Source: Eledone cirrhosa | Taxonomy: Eukaryota | Direction of reading: 5' to 3' | Length of the DNA stretch: 64,000 nucleotides | NCBI GenBank assembly: GCA_964016885.1 | Contig: OZ024747.1 | Coordinates: 52,142,001 to 52,206,000, forward strand | Shown here: in pieces, positions 57,400-64,000 of the stretch | Position numbering within the stretch: position 1 is the stretch's first letter | Layout: each line of letters begins with the position of its first letter | The notes under the pieces: generated by a model | Database searches by the model: none | The model's input: the letters and a program-made list of their open reading frames with translations, nothing else | Told to the model about the DNA's origin: nothing | Position numbers and translations under genes: made by a program

Positions 57400-57513
57400 T
57401 CTGAGTTCAAATCCCGCCGAGGTTGACTTTGCCTTTCATCCTTACGGGGTCGATAAAATAAAGTACCAGTAATACACTGGGTAATTGCTGGCCTTGTGCC
57501 TAAAGTAGAAACA
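57400..57513 (+). mobile_element. 5'-truncated SINE with 12-bp target-site duplication
   Basis: AATATATTACAT at 57388-57399 and 57514-57525. Confidence 0.9.
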
Positions 57514-57768
57514 AATATATTACATAGTACAATTGAGTATATAAAATACAAAAGGATTATATTTTGGAAATATAATTATATCAATATAACTTAAAAACAA
57601 AAGAATTCTACAAATATCAAAATATTAAAATATTTTAAAATATTATAGAATATTTTAAGTTAAAATAATATGTTTAATATATTTAGTATAGACATTTATC
57701 TTACGTATATTTTACTCAAGATATTGAAAGGATAGACTTTTCTAGAATAGAAATAGAATAATATATAG

Positions 57769-57875
<107 letters not shown>

Positions 57876-58578
57876 TCTACATATATTTTATATTTACCGA
57901 CATGAATATACAATCTTATAATCTTATGTACATCCATATTTCAGTCGCTTTATATGTGCATGAAAGTTTAACCTCATAAAACTACACACCTTCATTTTAC
58001 ATACATACATACATACAAACATACATACATACATACATACATACATACATACATACATACATACATACATACATACACATATACATATATACATACATAC
58101 ATACATACATACATACATACACACACATACATACATACATACACACATACATACATACATACATACATACACACATACATACATACACACATACACACAT
58201 ACATACATACACCCATACACACATACATACATACATACATACATACATACATACATACATACATACATACGTACATACATACATACATACATACACACAG
58301 ACATACACACACACACATGCATACATACATGCATACACACACATACATACACACATACATACACACACATACATACATACACACATACACACACACGTAC
58401 ATACATACACACATACATACAAACACATACATACACACACATTCATACACACACACATACACACATACATACACACATACATACAAACACATACATATAC
58501 ACACATACATACATACACACATACACACACACGTACATACAAACACACACACACATCCATACACACACGCATACATAC

Positions 58579-58727
58579 CTTGGCGTTGCTAGTGTCGGTG
58601 TCACTCAGTGCAGTAAATGACGCCCCCCTCTCCCCTCCCCTCAATAGGTGTAACCCCGTACCAGACAATACAGAATTCTTAGTAATGTCTTGTGTACTAA
58701 TGTTACTTGGAACAGACTGGAGTACAC
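58579..58727 (-). CDS. candidate 149-bp coding exon, (G)VLQSVPSNISTQDITKNSVLSGTGLHLLRGGERGASFTALSDTDTSNAK
   Basis: Unique island between microsatellites; aatcag| acceptor, AAG|gtatgt donor, open frame. Confidence 0.45.
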
Positions 58728-58734
58728 CTGATTT

Positions 58735-58783
<49 letters not shown>

Positions 58784-58890
58784 TTCATCATCATCATCAT
58801 CGTCATCTTCATCATCATCATCATCATCATCATCGTCATCATCATCATCATCGTCATTGTCATCATCATCATCATTATTATCATCATCGT

Positions 58891-59078
58891 TGGTGGTGGT
58901 TTGGCAGTATCGGTAGAGGGACGGACGCCATGCTTTCCAGCATAGAGTTGCGTCCCTTTATGATATGAGTTCAAATCCCGCCGTGGTTAACTTTGCCTTT
59001 CATCCTTACGGGGTCGATAAAATAAAGTACCAGTAATGCACTGGGGTATTTGCTGGCCTTGTGCCAAAAGTAGAAACA
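58891..59078 (+). mobile_element. full-length SINE with 17-bp target-site duplication inside (CAT)n
   Basis: ATTATTATCATCATCGT on both sides; A and B boxes. Confidence 0.9.
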
Positions 59079-59105
59079 ATTATTATCATCATCGTCATCA
59101 TCACC

Positions 59106-59138
<33 letters not shown>

Positions 59139-59282
59139 TCATCATTGTCATCTTCATCTTCTTTTCTTCTTCTAGAAAAGAAGATAGAGAAAATGTGTCC
59201 GTGTGTGCGTGTGCGTGTGTGTGTGTCCGTGTGTGTGTGAAAGAAGATATCCCTCCTTCGTTCAATGCTGGTACTCTGTTTA

Positions 59283-61412
59283 TTAACCACTACACTACAA
59301 CACCACCATTACACCTCACAAACTAACCACTACACTACAACACCACCATTACACCCCACAAACTAACCACTACACTACAATACCACCATTACACCCCACA
59401 AACTAACCACTACACTACAACACCACCATTACACCTCACAAACTAACCACTAGACTACAATACCACCATTACACCCCACAAACTAACCACTACACTACAA
59501 CACCACCATTACACCTCACAAACTAACAACTACACTACAACACCACCATTACACCTCACAAACTAACCACTACACTACAACACCACCATTACACCTCACA
59601 AACTAACCACTACACTACAACACCACCATTACACCACACAAACTAACCACTGTACTACAACACCCCCATTACACCCAAAAAACTAACTACTACACTACAA
59701 CACCACCATTACACCCCAGAAACTAACCACTACACTACAACACCACCATTACACCTCACAAACTAACCACTACACTACAATACCACCATTACACCCCACA
59801 AACTAACCACTACACTACAACACCACCATTACACCTCACAAACTAACCACTACACTACAATACCACCATTACACCTCACAAACTAACCACTACACTACAC
59901 CACAACCATTACACCTCACAAACTAACCACTACACTACAACACCACCATTACATTCCACAAACTAACTAGTACACTACAACACCACCATTACAGGTCACA
60001 AACTAACCACTACACTACAACACCACCATTACACCTCACAAACTAACCACTACACTACAACACCACCATTACACCTCACAAACTAACCACTACACTACAA
60101 CACCACCATTACACCTCACAAACTAACCACTATACTACAACACCACCATTACACCCCACAAACTAACCACTACACTAAAACACCACCATTACACCTCACA
60201 AACTAACCACTATACTACAACACCACCATTACACCCCACAAACTAACCACTACACTACAACACCACCATTACACCTCACAAACTAACCACTATACTACAA
60301 CACCACCATTACACCCCACAAACTAACCCCTACACTACAACACCACCATTACACCCCACAAACTAACCACTACACTACAACACCACCATTTCACCTCACA
60401 AACTAACCCCTACACTACAACACCACCATTACACCCCACAAACTAACCACTACACTACAATACCACCATTTCACCTCACAAACTAACCACTACACTACAA
60501 CACCCCCATTACACCTCACAAACTAACGACTACACTACAACACCACCATTACACATTACAAACTAACCACTACACTACAACACCACCATTTCACCTCACA
60601 AACTAACCACTACATTACAACACCAACATTACACCACACAAACTAACCACTGAACTACAACACCCCCATTACACCCCACAAACTAATCACTACACTACAA
60701 CACCACCATTACACCCCACAAACTAATCACTACACTACACCACCACCATTACACCCCACAAACTAATCACTACACTACAACACCCCCATTACACCCCACA
60801 AACTAATCACTACACTACAACACGACCATTACAGGTCACAAACTAACCACTACACTACAACACCACCATTACACCCCACAAACTAACCACTACACTACAA
60901 CACCACCATTACACCCCACAAACTAACCACTACACTACAACACCACCATTACACCCCACAAACTAACCACTACACTACAACACCACCATTACACCTCACA
61001 AACTAACCACTACACTACAACACCACCATTACACCCCACAAACTAACCACTACACTACAACACCACCATTACACCCCACAAACTAACCACTACACTACAA
61101 CACCACCATTACACCCCCACAAACTAACCACTACACTACAACACCACCATTACACCCCACAAACTAACCACTACACTACAACACCACCATTACACCCCAC
61201 AAACTAACCACTACACTACAACACCACCATTACACCTCACAAACTAACCACTACACTACAACACCACCATTACACCCCACAAACTAACCACTACACTACA
61301 ACACCACCATTACACCTTACAAACTAACCACTACACTACAACACCACCATTACACCTCACAAACTAACCACTACACTACAACACCACCATTACACCTCAC
61401 AAACTAACCACT
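59283..61412. repeat. 40-bp minisatellite AACTAACCACTACACTACAACACCACCATTACACCYCACA, ~53 copies
   Basis: Direct 40-nt periodicity, almost no indels, no spacers. Confidence 0.97.
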
Positions 61413-61995
61413 GTACTATAATACACTTCCACAATCCTAAATAAAACTGTATGCACAATATCACAATTATATTGATTTAACCGTAGAACTTTATTGTTAG
61501 ATAAGGTATATATATATGGATTGTTGTTGTTGTTTTTGTTGCTGTTGCTGTTACCACTGTTGGTGTTGATGTTATTGTTGTTGCTACTGTTGTTGTTGTT
61601 GTAGTTGTTGTTGTTTTTTCTTCTGTTGTTGTTGTTGTTGCTACTGTCGATGTTGTTGTAGTTGATGTTGGTGTTGTTGTTGTTGTAGAACCTCCTAGGC
61701 CAGGTGTTCCTCTTTAACAATATGTTCGTTAAATTAACATGCGCGAGAATGTGTGTTCCACAGGTAGATGAATCATTCACGTAAATCTTAGGTAGACTGA
61801 GTGTGGCACTGTGTGGCACTGTGTGGAACTGTGTGGGACAGCGTGGCACAGCGTGGCACAGCCTGGAAAAGATGTGTTTCACTGAATCTCCCCAAGAATT
61901 GACTTAAGGGTCCACGTGTCTGTAGAATACACAACCACTTACATGTTAATCTTATGATTTCACCACTAAATTAAACTGCACCAGCCATCTGCAAT

Positions 61996-62272
61996 CATGG
62001 CCGGATTTAAAGGAGGGAAAAGGAGGCAATTGCCCCGGGTCCCCAGAGACAACCGTAGCAATTTATTTGTGACCTGAACTGGACTTTTTAGTTCTAGGAT
62101 GGTGTAGAATTTTTTAATTTAATACCTGTATATATAACTTTTCAATTCCAACTACTTGTGCCAAACTAACATTGATATGTAAAATTGGAGGATTTGCTGA
62201 GTATTCTAATTTTTTGTGTATGTAGGGCCCCCTAAAACCTGTAGTGCCCGCCCCCCCCCCTAATCCCTCCTG
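61996..62272. mobile_element. hAT-type MITE, third copy of the 42722 family, right TIR decayed
   Basis: CATGGCCGGATTTA start and shared internal sequence. Confidence 0.72.
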
Positions 62273-62604
62273 GAAGTCACTTCTATTGGAACATTAATAC
62301 TTGGTCTACTGAGCCCTTTACTTAAATTGTCACTCCAACAATCTCTTCCCAAGTCCATGTATTAACTCTATTCATATCTTGTTTTCTATCAAGAGTTCTT
62401 TGCTATAGCTTACGTAATTCTATGGCCATATAGAAGACGTTTGAGAATGTCATGAGCAGAACTCGAAACCAATAATGGAGCAATAAAAATATGAAATAAC
62501 TATTAGATTTCTATTAGACACCATCAAAGTGGGGAAATTTAAATAACTTGGACATTTAGAAAAAAAGTGGTTTCCAGGAATAGTTTGTTAACAGAAAACA
62601 GAAT

Positions 62605-62820
62605 AAAGGTTTCTGATATAGGCACGTTGCCAACAATTTAAAGAGAAGGGGAAAGTCGATTAAAACGACCTCAGTACATGACTGGTACTTTATTTTATCG
62701 ACCCCGTAAGGATGAAAGGCAAAGCTAACCATGGCGGGATTGAACTCAGACCACAAAAGACCTTAACTATATGCCACAAATCTTGTCGTCCGACGCTCTG
62801 CCGATACTGCCAATCTACCA
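62605..62820 (-). mobile_element. tRNA-derived SINE
   Basis: Central domain and reverse A box CCGATACTGCCAAT. Confidence 0.82.
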
Positions 62821-63499
62821 ATGAAAAGAGAGCAAGAGGAAAACAAAGAATTATGTGGATGGATTAATATCAAGTATTGGACAGATTTAAACTTTTCATT
62901 GCCATATTTCTAATGAAAGACAGTGCAACAAATTAACATTGTCGTTAGAACGTGAGATAAAATGATATGCGGTATTCCTTCCGACTCTCTACTCTCTGAA
63001 TTCAAATCCCGCTGACATCAATTTTGCCTTTCATCTTTTCGAGGTCGATAAACAAGTACTAGTTCAGTACTAAGAGGATTCTTCCTCTATATCACTTTTT
63101 TCACATCCCCTCTTTCACCTTCTCTCTCCTTCTCTGGAAGAAATCAGCTATGTTCGATCAATAGATCAGCCTTCTTGTGAAATGAATGAGCAGGTGATTG
63201 AGAATTTCACTAACACGCATAGCCTCAGTGTAATTCTCAGGGTTATTTAGTGTGACACAGTCTATATGATAAGTTTGACCCTTTTAATTACAATTACAGT
63301 CAACTTTGGATTATAATATAAGAGGTAAATTATTCCACAGACACGTGTACCGTTAATGTAATTCTCAGGGAGATTCAAGATGACGCGATGTCTGACAATT
63401 TTGGCCTTTGGAACTAGACACAGTCAATTCGAAGGGTTTCCAAACAGTTATCTATATAACCAATTTCTCCCTCAAGAATTTAATCGATATCACTTCGAA

Positions 63500-63902
63500 C
63501 CCGATCGAAGTGGTATTGATTAAATACTTGAGGGAAGGGTCTTTGGAGTAACGTTACTCGTAAACTACGTAGCTCGGAGATCAGAGAGTCACATCAGGTA
63601 AAGCTGCTTACTTCTCCGAATTAATTGAGAGATCACAGCTCCGATACTATGGGCACGTGGTTAGAATGTCTCAGGAAAAGAATCACTGGACAGATTTTAC
63701 GGGCAAAACCAACCGGCAAGGGACCCAGGAATAGACACCGAGCAAGATGGTTAGATAACATCCCTGAGCTTGGCTGGTCACGCTTGGAGCTCCAGACGCA
63801 CCAGTTGGAGAGGGTTGTTTTTTGACATGACCTACTGGAAGGAGTGTTTGAGGACTCTGCGCACACGACTCTCTCAGGAATAACTGGACGAAGAAGAAGA
63901 GA
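63500..63902 (+). mobile_element. decayed RTE-clade (Expander/Rex3-like) LINE 3' end
   Basis: ERSQLRYYGHVVRM...AKPTGK.PR.R.RARW.D.I..L.W.RL motifs across frameshifts; short (GAA)n tail. Confidence 0.75.
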
Positions 63903-64000
63903 CGGGGCTATTAAACATGGAACTTAACAAAGATACCTAGAACTGGGATTGAAATCAGCTCGTTGTGATTGCGAAGTGAGCTTCTTAACCATCCTGTCAT

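Noticed and set aside
59283-61412. Telomeric repeat or CRISPR array
   Set aside because: No TTAGGG runs and no spacers; plain minisatellite.

Overview
AT-rich, very microsatellite-dense eukaryotic DNA. The SINE types and repeat landscape look like a cephalopod (octopus-like) genome, which is an inference. Nearly all long ORFs in the six-frame track are translations of simple repeats. Real coding remnants are retrotransposon or transposon fragments: a Tx1/L1 ORF2 C-terminus, an RTE/BovB-like C-terminus with three C2H2-type fingers, three R4/Dong-like RLE elements, a Penelope-like GIY-YIG endonuclease, an Expander/Rex3-like end and a decayed mariner. The window also holds many tRNA-derived SINEs, hAT and mariner MITEs, a non-autonomous Helitron, and 32-bp and 40-bp minisatellites. 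The most notable signals are these. (1) At least seven minimal type I hammerhead ribozyme motifs from three sequence families, including a 541-bp almost perfect palindrome with a hammerhead on each strand. (2) A recurring architecture of (TA)n-embedded fold-back elements with a one-sided tail, three with 40-43 nt spacers. (3) Each retroelement family appears to sit in its own microsatellite (TATC, TATG, TAA, TA). (4) A few short minus-strand candidate exons may belong to an unidentified host gene. No prokaryotic system, CRISPR array, rRNA or intact tRNA is supported. Coordinates were read by eye and may be off by a few bases.
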